Part shown: positions 23,701 through 34,100 of the stretch, piece after piece
Layout of the letters: each line of letters begins with the position of its first letter
Numbering within the stretch: position 1 is the first letter of the stretch
From: Macrostomum hystrix
Lineage: Eukaryota; Animalia; Platyhelminthes
DNA: 64,000 bases
Direction of reading: 5' to 3'
Assembly: GCA_950097015.1 (NCBI GenBank)
Contig: CATNEN010000009.1
Location: forward strand, 1,722,898 to 1,786,897
The notes under the pieces: model-generated
Told to the model about the DNA's origin: nothing
Databases searched by the model: none
What the model saw: only the letters and a program-made list of their open reading frames with translations
Program-made: the position numbers and the translations under genes

Positions 23701-25188
23701 ACGGAATTGGTTAAGCGGCTCTGCTTGTATTGCTTTGACCTACCGCTTCTAAAAGACGAATTGTATTTGCAACTCGTGATGCAAACCATTCCTTCGTCTA
23801 AGTTAAAGCTGACACCAAAGGAGCGAAAGTCCAAGTTTAAGTGCTCATCACCTAAGTTTTTATGCTCAACGCATTCAAGCTCGTCAACGATTTCAGCCGG
23901 CAGCCAGCAACCACGGGTATCAGAGTCTGACCTTCCTGCATCCATTCAGTCTTCATGGCAGTTGTTTTCTCTGGTTTCACCTCTATTTCTGCCTTCTGAT
24001 TTGGCTTTGTCGTTTGTTGAGTATTATCTTAGCGAGCAAATCAAGAGCAATAATGCGCTTATCGCAAAGTTTGCTACCTTTTGTCAAACTTGCCTACAAA
24101 AAACTCGCGAATTCGGTGGTCGATCGCAGCCTCCTTCATCGCTGGAAGTAAACTCAATGCTTCTGAGACAGCCGTTCTCCGTTTCCGATCCTTTCAGCGT
24201 TCCTGTATCACTTCTCGGCAAGCCTTACAAGGTGGTCGGATTTCATGGCTCATCGACGGTCGCTGATCTCTGCAAATCAGCCATTTCCGCCTTTGAGCTA
24301 CCCATAACAAAGAATGTTGCCTTCTCATTGTACATAAAAGACAACCAGTCATTTGTGTATCTTGACCCTACCTGGAAAGTTTGTGATGTTTTGAGCAAAT
24401 GCGACAACGGAGTCAGCAACAGCACGTTTGAAGACGTCAGAGCAAGCCCAGCTTCGATTGCGCATTCACCAGGCCGGGATCGACCAAGTCGTGCTCCAGT
24501 CGACTTTTATTTACGATGTCGTTCCTATCAGCTAAGCATGTTTGATACTGAGCTCACGGAATTTGAATTAGAAGCAGTTGTTTACCAGATTCAGTTTGAT
24601 CTTCTTGTCAGTTACTATCCTGTAGATGGGGTGACCCTTCTAATCACCATAGCGCACCTTTGCCAAGCTCTGAAAGGCAACTACAGAAATATCGTTCACA
24701 AGGATCAGACTCTTGGCCTTTTAATCAAGCAGTTGTTTCCGCTTGTTGTAACTCACGAGGAGGACAGAGTCATGCACCTGAAGCTTATGCTTTTAGAGCA
24801 ATGGGGTGCTAATTGCTCCAAAAGCAAGTTGACTTGTCTTCGAAACTACATCAGTTCTCTTTCTGGACAGGAGCATCTGGGAGCCAGGTTTTTCCCTTGC
24901 CGCTGCGTTGACTTTGATCTTTATCGAGGTACCGATTTACTATTGGCTGTATCTGAGCAGGCGATTCATATTTTTGATGCAGGCGAGCAGAGTGTGATCG
25001 AGCAGATTAACCTTGTCGACCTAGTTGCCTTCGGTGGGCAGAACTACAATTTCTTTCTGGTTACCAGCCTGCTGAAATCTTCTAACTACAGAAAAATGCA
25101 GTTTACATTCGCTTCGCCTCTGGATATTATGGAATGCAGTCAAATTGTCTGCGACTATCTTAAAGCGGTGGATGCTGGAGCTCGCTGA
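20725..25188 (+). CDS. PH-PH-MyTH4-FERM protein, PLEKHH1/2 / MAX-1-like, single coding exon, 1487 aa
   Basis: N-terminal coiled coil; PH1 KNGFVNKLSGKFKVWRRFWCIL; PH2 YKGWLKRVK...YCRL; MyTH4 LKDELYLQLVMQT...SSWQLFSLV...KTREFGGRSQPPSSLE; FERM VVGFHGSSTVADL...HLGARFF. A strong acceptor CTTCTCCCCTTCCTAG lies about 50 nt upstream of the ATG. Confidence 0.9.
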   Translation: MSELGNPELSVGSDPLGQLNADERLVVAALTQELHELEASYCDLLHNAPGAFLILTRRLRLLRSTIETRLEFIQLNPNNVRLHRLSLYRSSLLQLDSQVLSLSEAINRELQAVNYQKAHETLLPGTHPLGKSLSRNSYSETDLNDPKRLLSVSAGPKEASNSSGTTNSDFRKSYSSPRSLECYSSLSETYENFILNNANLDTVKISCDSSSSSSSSRITSTDASVSGVTPSSNLGTSSPALASTSEDLERGAVAMQEFYISPGTTYFQMESPSVSMTVPSAGFVESNAAMNKPAPPKVRINRKQFLQTSTDTQPYMDSSASNGSSRSVAAPTLQPASTQSGQTLYSLPAEVACSGSGVKRAQGESASEAPYECIGGTDEYEPNLRHQVFGRPRVHPPYLLKHQLSEESCVRPVLDLSEGNLSSSFERTLLHTEPAVREHRKAMLKPGHLRKGMQDRPLLGSASKSCRDNLSEPNTPMQDKIPAQVSAAAPLKLRSSEERVLLGASSNSDTSAKHVPDSPDILASSKTKQIASRQAMIPGSLNSSIQVLSSIKGLLKADLARRVHEAIVGASERKQEIKALAAALPIYSCVKGSARLVQLHPIDLQFDNSECESSEYDNAFQVDPNGRSVMSESAVSASSVSMDYYLPPDDSSVAGDSANAAVLLTAGPSQSCPLPDSKVIKNGFVNKLSGKFKVWRRFWCILTTHSLLFYPAKPGAKQKAQLCVSLKDIESVSRSCLHDYGIDVKVQGSEKSLYLSCDSTSERSLWYYAMVGSIKRHNSELIVQRNSGRLLYKGWLKRVKCGNSKKLYCRLYGHFLVYYKRHTDSVPTGSKDLSNCIISEAFGGSSSESDGDYSEVTSPNRTIAVRSKGKEPVYFICTDEAEFVRWRHLLTQLACRIEPQSVAEILPVPKSPTPKLSRKVMPRRQSWLNSPFSTHLAHLMGEDFHGNFWHSDQPLDAPLSKIPSDLNNSALLLFQLILLYIYPSADSNPIEKTELVKRLCLYCFDLPLLKDELYLQLVMQTIPSSKLKLTPKERKSKFKCSSPKFLCSTHSSSSTISAGSQQPRVSESDLPASIQSSWQLFSLVSPLFLPSDLALSFVEYYLSEQIKSNNALIAKFATFCQTCLQKTREFGGRSQPPSSLEVNSMLLRQPFSVSDPFSVPVSLLGKPYKVVGFHGSSTVADLCKSAISAFELPITKNVAFSLYIKDNQSFVYLDPTWKVCDVLSKCDNGVSNSTFEDVRASPASIAHSPGRDRPSRAPVDFYLRCRSYQLSMFDTELTEFELEAVVYQIQFDLLVSYYPVDGVTLLITIAHLCQALKGNYRNIVHKDQTLGLLIKQLFPLVVTHEEDRVMHLKLMLLEQWGANCSKSKLTCLRNYISSLSGQEHLGARFFPCRCVDFDLYRGTDLLLAVSEQAIHIFDAGEQSVIEQINLVDLVAFGGQNYNFFLVTSLLKSSNYRKMQFTFASPLDIMECSQIVCDYLKAVDAGAR

Positions 25189-26789
25189 CAGCTAAATATC
25201 TGCTGTCCACACGGGCTGAGCTTAAACTCTACAACATATGATTGCTTTGTGGTGTGTTTCAGTGACGAGCGTTTTTTTAATTAGAGATGCTTGTTCTTCC
25301 GATTATTCGACTCAACAGAACTCCATGAAATTCAGTAAGGCATTATTATAAATTTCCTTGCAATAGGAGAGTATTATGGTTCTTTTTGACTTTTTGATGT
25401 AACTACGAGCGTACAGGTAGTTCTTGTTTCTTTGCTGAGCTACAAATAAGCAGCCAACAAGAAAGTTTCGTGTCTGTGTTATCTTCAGTATATTTCCAGG
25501 ATATATTAAGCTGTTAGAATTTATCCGAGCCTTTGCTTGACATCATCAGTATGCTATTTACGTGCGTTTGTGCCTTTCCCTGGATTCATCATGCACTTGC
25601 ATGCTAGTGTTTTTTCAATCGGCATCATATAGGCTTGCTTTTGATAGAAGAAATATATATTATAATTGATCTTAATTGATTTCGCTTTTGATCTTATCTA
25701 TTCTCTAGTGTAATGTCGCATGCTTCGTACAGTACATCACATTTTACACATTATAGTTGCCATTGCCGTATGTGAACACTTCCTTTAATGCGCCTTCTTT
25801 TGTCGCCCCCAGATCTCAGCATATTTTTGTTTAATAATTTGTATGCTATCATACTTTACTTAACTAGTGTACATTTCTGTAGCCGAATTTATTCTACGAT
25901 GAACCAGATGCAATTGTCTACCTTATAATTTTCGTCTCAGACTTTTTATCTTCTTTTAGAATATGAATAGCTTACGCAACTAAAATGGAGCAGTCGTTTA
26001 GAGCAGGGTGGATTTAGATCGAGTTGATGTATGCACGACATGTGAGGCCTCATGAGCTAATAAATTATTCATAACTCAGCCGGGTACGTGCCACGTGCTC
26101 GCCCATGCTGTTACTATGGTGACCGAGAAGATTTTTTTTAAGAAAGTGCATGCCTTCAATCATTTTTAATTTTTTGCATATTCGCATTCGCAGGCTGCTC
26201 TGGGATCATCACGAATGATCTTAACCCTCTCTGCAGGCTTAGTAGATTAAGTGACTGACTTATCCCACTAAGGATTGAAGGCGCTATCCTGCCTGCACTG
26301 TCAAACTGAAACCTTCGAGATAAGCTGGAAAGTTCAGGTTGCATCGGAGATTTCGCGACAGTGGCAGCACGGAACTAGTTTTGTTGACTTGTAAGTTATC
26401 TCCTTATCTATCTGGGCTCAGTGGTACAGAGCCGCGTTTTTCTCACTGATAGACCTGTGCGCAATTCCTACCCGAAGCCAAAAATTGTGAGAGCTGTCTG
26501 TAGACTGAAAAGACTGTAAAGAATTGTCTAAAGTGGCTTGAATCGATTGAAGCCTGGTTTCAACCCTGCTGTTGCGTACACAGCAGAGGCGAAGCGGAAT
26601 TGTCGTGCTCTCCGGCAAATGCCATGCCTCCGATTTTGTTCTGCGCCGTTTTAAGTATGCTGCTGCACTTGATAAGTGTGCGCTCCTGATCAAGTTAGTT
26701 CAGCCCGCACATCAGGCATCGATTGTTTGAAATCCTTAACTAGCCAAAACTTTCGTGGTCACCTAACTAGCTGTAGGCCTAGGCCAATT

Positions 26790-27240
26790 GCTTTGCCTTC
26801 CGAGACTCCTTGAATTTTCTCTTCATCGAGGCGAGAAAGGATCTTGGTGTGACCTGCCGGCCTGTTAACTAAAGTTATTCTATTTTTAGCCATCAAGTTT
26901 CTGCCTCGCAAATGCTCGATTCACAGAATCCAGATTGGACAGAATATAAAATAACTTCCCTTACCATATTGTCAATTCTCTTGTAATTCCTGACGAGATT
27001 GAATCCTAAGTCAGCCAGTGGGAAATTAGAGATGATGGCTTAAGAGAGAAGGAACTTCTTTCACTCTCTTCTATGAAGCGCAACGCTTGGAATAAGGATT
27101 TAATTTAGTAGTATTGAAGCTTCTTGCTCAGCAAAGTGTTGAGGAAGAGCTCTTTGTCGAATTGGCAGCTTGGAGTTGATGTCAGAACTCAAAGTGCAGC
27201 CTCGGAGTGGGTATTGTGAGTCCAGTTGAACTTGGCAGGT
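26790..27240 (-). other. Possible 3' exons of a small unidentified minus-strand gene or pseudogene
   Basis: Exon-like segments with good splice sites: ag|GDEITCQVQLDSQYPL..., ...FNLVRNYKRIDNM|gtaag, ag|VTPRSFLASMKRKFKESRKAKQLA*. The frames do not join cleanly. Confidence 0.25.
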
Positions 27241-30200
27241 GATCTCATCACCTGAAATGCTAATAATAAATTCGTGCTGCCCAAATCGCAATTCTTCGGA
27301 GCCACATACTTTTCTGACGTCATTCCTCGTTTAGCACAAGTAGCTCGTAGTTAGTTCGGTGGTACAAACCAAGCAAAAATCACGTCTTTCTCTTTAATTT
27401 AATTTTTCAATGAAGGATTTGATTATCATTAAAACAGCTGTCTCTGGTCCTAAACTCCACGTTTGATTGCACTCTGCTTAGCGCTGGTCTTGGATTTCTG
27501 GTTAATTTCCTTAGCTGCTCCGCATTCTAAAGCCTCAATCAATCATCCCGTGATGAATGGCGCGCCGCGCTGCCTCCCGCAGTCAGAGGCGCAGCTTGCC
27601 GGCCCACCTTGCAGCATTTGCCTATGTCCGAAACTTGAGACACAACCGACCTTTGCTTCGTCTACAGTCCCTATAGCTAGCCTGGCCCAGGCTGTTGTTT
27701 CATTCCTAGGGCCACTTCTCGGGCACGGGTGACCCGGATCATAATTGATGACTATTTTTTGCAACGCCGCTTTCCTCTTGAAAGACAGGCACAGGTCGGC
27801 ATGCCCGCCTGGCCACTGCGTTCGCGGTCTTGATACTCATAAAAATTTGCTGGCTCGGATAGTGCCGCCCGGTGGATTTCAGCAATGCGAAACGGTGGCC
27901 TTTTCTCAGGCCGTTAGTAATAATCCCACGCTCCCATTTCTCCTAAAGATCTCTCGGTCCGGGATTCAATTAGGGCTAGGGTCTAAAAACGCTAATCCGG
28001 TACATAGGCTGGGTCATAATTCCGAGCGCTACTATGAAATCCCAACACTCTCGCCTTCGCCCATCTCTTCCTCTCGCCGGTTTCCCCTCTCCATTTCTCC
28101 TTGGTCTTTTCCTCCTTGGGTCTGTCTCCCTCAGCGTTTTCCCGCTTGGTCTCTCGCCCTCGCCAGCCTCGAGGAAAGGTGTGCGCGACCAGCAAGTAGG
28201 TATCGATCCGCAGCCCTGCCTCCGCTGCCTCTCTGCCCCACTCTCGCTTGCGTTTCTTGTCCCTAAAACTGCTGCGGTGAATTCCTCCGTGTGGTCTCTA
28301 AGCCAGCGTGTCTGCATTTTCTCCCTTAGCCGAGCAGACACGGGCCATTAGAGGCCAAGTGGGCGGGGCAAACACGCTGTTGGCTCTTAGCACAATGCGC
28401 ACTGGGTGATTAAAGTTGCCAGTTAAAATTTGGGGGTGGCTTTTAGGAAGCCCAAACTGGATAAATATAGTTGCAAAATTCATCGGCCCCAGCACAGGCT
28501 GTGTGCAATTCCGAGATCTGCTAGAGTAGTCATTTACCTTCTCTTGAAAGGTTACTCTTCCTTCGTACCTTCTCTTCTTCAGACATCAGTCTCTCCTGGA
28601 GCTGAGCGGAGTCTGGCTTAGGTGGCGGGCCAGGATTCTTGTGAAATTTGCTTTCGCCTTTACGCATATTGAGTGACAGTCGGTGCCAGTGGCAGGGGAG
28701 TTCGCCTAGAATGATCGCTGGAAGTTTACTCCCCCATGACGCTTGCACTGCTAGGTCAATGGCCCTCCTAAACCTATGCAGTTGGTTTTAAAGCTGCGTG
28801 TGCAGCTTTTATCAATTGATGGGTTATCTTGAGTACTACCACTTAATATATTCATATTAATAGCTTCGATCTTCATCGAGCTTTGTAGTGCATTGTCCCT
28901 TGCCTACAAGCAGTATTGGACTGAGCGTACTGACAGCTCTTAGATAAGTTAGTTAAGCAGTTGGCATTTCCTTTAGTTGTGCAGTGCGTGACTCGGCCAG
29001 CAGACGAGAAAGTTAGCGTCTCAACTGCAAGTGCCGGCTGAAGTTTCACTAAAGGCGCTACTATTTTAGTCGGTCCCTGTCCCCGCCTATGCTTATTCGA
29101 ATTGCTAATGCTCCCTCAGGCTTTTCCTGGTATAAACACCGGCTTGGCCCTGCGGACCACCCGAGGAGGCCAAAATGTAGGCTGTTTCTCTCCAGCTAGT
29201 ATCGGCATTTCCTAATACATTTACATTGCCGTCTCATTCCGCAAGCTTCAGTAGCTGCACTACTTTTTCGGATCTGTCACTGGCAGACGCAGAGTGCTGC
29301 GAATAATTTTCCTCTTTTCATCCCCCTGCTTCGTGCGAGTCCTCCAGTTTTTTTGCTGGCGCGTCTGAGGCGTCAGAAGACAGACCGATTGACAATGGCA
29401 CAAAAGCCCTACGGAACTTTGCGAGATCAGGTCCGAAACGGTGTTTTGTGTAAGTGCGTGCTATCCGTGCTTCTGTGATTTGTGCCTGCGGACCGATTCC
29501 GCCCAGATTTATCATCCCTTTAATTCCCAGTTTCTGTCCAGCTGCCTGGAAGGTGTGTCGCACTGGTCCTGTCAGCAATTTTCAAAAGGAACCAGCTTTC
29601 TTTTTGTATTTTATCATGCTGTATCGTGTATATTTCCCGACGGCCCGCGAGTTGCGTTTAGTTCAATTAATCCGGAACTTCTAAAATTCCTGGGTGCACT
29701 TTTTCGCTCCCCATTTCTCCCCTGCCACAACTGAGTGCGCGCAGTTCCTATTTCTGTTTCTTTTTTGCACCGGTCTGGCAGGGCTAGGTCGGAATTGGGG
29801 GCAGGCCGATGAGAGGAGCTGGGCGGACCATTGGGACTGGCGCCCACTGTCCTTGGCAGTGTCGGTGACTCCGGCCCAATCTTTTCTCCTAATTCACCCG
29901 AGCCCTCGCGGATGAATTTTGTCCATCCCTCATGCCGGCGCCCCGCCTGACCTGAATTTCCCACTGGCCTTTGCGTTTTCTTCAATCAGCCTTGCCTTGG
30001 CTGACACGACATGACCTGGGCTTTCGCATTAGCTAAACTGCCCTACACGTCTGGTAGCTGATAATGAGACACTTGGCTACTAGCTTGTATGCCTGGCATT
30101 TGTTTCAGCAACAGCCGCCGAGGCGGTCCGCACTGCTTTCCACAAGGTGGCTTGCACAGTCTCCCCGATGGTGACTCCCACTGTCTCCTCCATGGCTACT

Positions 30201-31118
30201 AATATTGTCAGCCCCATGCTGGCCCCACTGCTTTCCCCTAGGTGGGTGGTTCCACTGTCTCCTCCATGGTGACTCTCACTGTCTTCCTGTTTAGCTATTT
30301 ATTTTGCATTGCATTGCCGTTGTGCAGCTACTAACTTATTAATTAGCATCAATTATAGTTGCTTTATTTCCTATTTCCATGCCTTGAGTCTTATCCAGAA
30401 ATAAAGTTACCTAAAATAGCAGAAGTTGAGTTAGTTCCACCGATCGATACAGAAGCAGCTTCAATGGGGCTGGCTGCAGATAGTCTTCCTGTTTTTTTCT
30501 GGCTCAGTGTGAGCTGGTTTCGGCTCGTTACCGCAGATCGATGCAGGGAGCCTGCCAGGCTTTCACTCCAGCTTTGCTTTTGCATTAATCTTTCATTCAT
30601 AAGTGTCGCGCGCTTGTGAGAACAGAAGACGCTTCCCTGTGTGTTCTTGGCGCCTCTGACAGGAAATTGAGACCGCTGACAAAAAACTGAAGTCCCCACC
30701 CTGCCAGCTCTCTCAGGCCGCACTCGCCTGTCCTCTTCACGTGGGCCTTCTGGAACCACAGCGGAGTCGGTTGAGCTGGTTCAGAATGGGGCTTTCCCTG
30801 GCTTCGAGTTCAGCATTCAGTCTCGCCGAATGGCAATTGTTGGCAATTAGCTGTCTGTTTGGCCTCGCTCAGCTTCGATTCTACTACTTCTAGCAGTAGT
30901 CTGTTGTTCATATTTTTAACGGCCTGCACGGTAATTGATGGCAATTCGATTCGATAAGATCTTCCCGAGGCAATAGCGCCCTATTAGATAGTCAAAATCA
31001 GACTATCTGATTCTCAGATTTAGCTAGGCAGTGTATTGCTTTGTTTCGACTGCGAAGCCTGGAATAAGTCTTTAATTTCGGTCAGTGGCCTTTTGCCCCC
31101 GCAGCCAAGCAGCCGCAG

Positions 31119-34100
31119 ATGTCAATCAGGGAGCGCAAGAAGGGCTCCGGCACCGTCAGCAGTGCGTCGAGCAGCACTGGAGGCCTCGGCGGCCTTCTGT
31201 TTCGTCGCGGCAGCTCGTCGTCGGAGTCAAGTGCAGCGGCAGCTGTGGCCATGGAGAAGCAGCAGAAACGGCAGCAGCAGCAGCAGCAGCAGGAGCATCA
31301 GCAGCAGTCGATCATGCAGCTGCAGCCAATGAGCCAGGACGAGCTGGATTCCGCCCTGGCCGACATGATTCAGGACCTGAACCTGGACGCGCGCTCCTTC
31401 CAGAACAAAGACTACCGCGCACTGGCCGTCATGCTTCACAACTACAAGGAGCACAAGAGCAGCGCTGAGACCGACTTCGCCACCTGCCTGGCCCTGCTGA
31501 AGCGACTCGCCGGGCGGCCCGACGGCCCTTCACCTGACGAAGCCGACAAGGGCGCCTCCCAGCTGCGCATGCACATGTCCACGCTGACCATCACGGATGT
31601 GCGTCGCTTCGCCGACGCTGGCGGACTTCGGGCGCTCGGCCAACTGCTGGAGTACTGCGCCCGCTCCGTGGTGCTGGCGGCCGGCGAGCAGGGCAAGGAG
31701 GTGCGCCAGGATGCCAGATGGGTTGGGTTGGGCAAGGTATCCCATGATCCCAGATGGGTTGGGTTGGGCAAGGTGTCCCAGGATCCCAGATGGGTTGGGT
31801 TGGGCAAGGTGTCCCAGGATCCCAGATGGGTTGGGTTGGGCAAGGTGTCCCATGATCCCAGATGGGTTGGGTCGGGCAAGGTGTCCCAGGATCCCAGATG
31901 GGTTGGGTTGGGCAAGGTGTCCCAGGATCCCAGATGGGTTGGGTTGGGCAAGGTGTCCCAGGATCCCAGATGGGTTGGGTTGGGCAAGGTGTCCCAGGAT
32001 CCCAAATGGGATGGGAAAGGATTGCGCAGGTGTTTATAAAGGATGAGATGGAGACAGAAGTGAGCTAGCAACTTAGATATCTCAGATCCCATAGATTTTC
32101 CCCATTTTAATATATGCAAAATTGTATACCTGCTCAGCCACAAATGTTCTCTAATCCCTGATCGACTCAACCCACCACGCCAGGCCGGGCATTGGCGCAA
32201 GGCCTGCCTCAACACCCTGCTGAGCCTGCGGAAGTTCTGCGACAACAGGTGCGGCATGACTCACCTGCTGCAGCACGAGCCCCGGACCGTGTCCACCATT
32301 GTGGAGTCGCTGGGCATTGTGCCTTTCCTGCCGCCTAGCGAGTACCAGCTGGCCAGCTGCATCTTCGAGCTGCTGTCCTCCTTTCTCTTCTTCTACAAGA
32401 GCGAGCACGAGGAGCTGGCCAAGGCTCAGGTTGGTTCAAAAGTTATGGCTGACCAATAATCATCCCAGATCCCCACACCTGACCAACAATCATCCCAGAT
32501 CCTCACACCTGACCATCAATCATCCCAGATACTCACACCTGACCAACAATCATCCCAGATCCTCACACCTGACCATCAATCATCCCAGATACTCACACCT
32601 GACCATCAATCATCCCAGATACTCACACCTGACCATCAATCATCCCAGATACTCACACCTGACCAACAATCATCCCAGATCCTCACACCTGACCAACAAT
32701 TATCCAGTTCCTCACACCTGACCAACAATCATCCCAGATACTCACACCTGACCAACAATCATCCCAGATCCTCACACCTGACCAACAATTATCCAGTTCC
32801 TCACACCTGACCAACAATCATCCCAGATACTCACACCTGACCAACAATCATCCCAAATCCTCACACCTGACCAAAAATTATCCAGTTCCTCACACCTGAC
32901 CAATAATCATCCCAGATACTCACACCTGACCAATAATCATCCCACATCCTCACACCTGACCAACAATCATCCCAGATACTCACACCTTACCAACAATCAT
33001 CCCAGATCCTCACACCTGACCAACAATCATCCAAGATACTCACACCTGACCAACAATCATCCCACATCCTCACACCTGACCGAATGTTATCCCGAACCTT
33101 CTTTCCTGTCCAGGTGGAGAACGCCAACACGATTGTCCTGCGTGCCTTCAGCACCTCTCGCGGCTTCATCGCTTCCGAAGGCTCCTCGGGTGCCGCCAGC
33201 GTCGTCGGCGGAGTCGTCGGCAGTTCGAGCGCTGCCAGCGCCTTCGGATCCGGCGGCGGTCGCTTCTTTCAGATCCGCAACACACTGGACAAGGCCTGCG
33301 CCCTTCTCAGCCGGCCGGATGTGGGCACGGAGATCCGGCTGCGAGCCTACGACCTACTGCGCGACTGCCTGCTGTTTGTCAACACCCTGCTGGACACCTG
33401 CGAGGGCGTCCACCATCGCATGGCGGTGCGCACAGAGCTCTGGGGCTTCGGTGGCCTTCGCGCCCGCTGGCAGCTGCTGGGCCGCCTCACGCGAGATGCG
33501 CCGGACCGCCAGTGCAGGACTCAATTCGAGGTCTTCCAGGTAACTGAAGCCTTGGAAATGGCCTCACGATATCCCCTATTTAGATCCCAGATATCCCTTA
33601 CCTTTCCTAATCAAGTTATAGCTTCTCTGAAATCAGCTTCTCAGATCCCAGTCTATCCCATATTCTCAGATCCTAGTTTATCCCATATTCTCATCTCCCA
33701 GTTTATCCCATATGCTCAGATCCCAGTGTATCCCATATTCTCAGATCCTAGTTTATCCCATATTCTCACATCCCAATCTATCCCATACCTCCCTACTCAG
33801 ATCCCATTGTCTCTGACATCCCTATTTGCAAGCGCAGGCCTCCAAAACCCCGCACCTGCGCCCCCCCACCGCCTGCTTCCAGGAGCAGGCAGACCAGGAC
33901 ACCCTGGAGATCAGCGATCGCTTTGAGGCCGCTGCCGCCGACTACGCGGAGTTCAGCGAGCCGGGCCGCCTGTTCGAGCTGCTGCTCCGCACGGTGCAGG
34001 GCACGGAGGCCGAGTGGTACTTCCGCAGCATCCTGCTGCACCTGCTGTTCGTGCCGGTGGACGAGCAGCACAAGGAGTACTTCAAGCTACTGGAGGAGCT

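Noticed and set aside
27463-31030. Numerous 60-170-aa ORFs upstream of the formin
   Set aside because: Pyrimidine-rich, low-complexity promoter/UTR/intron-like DNA with no domain signatures.
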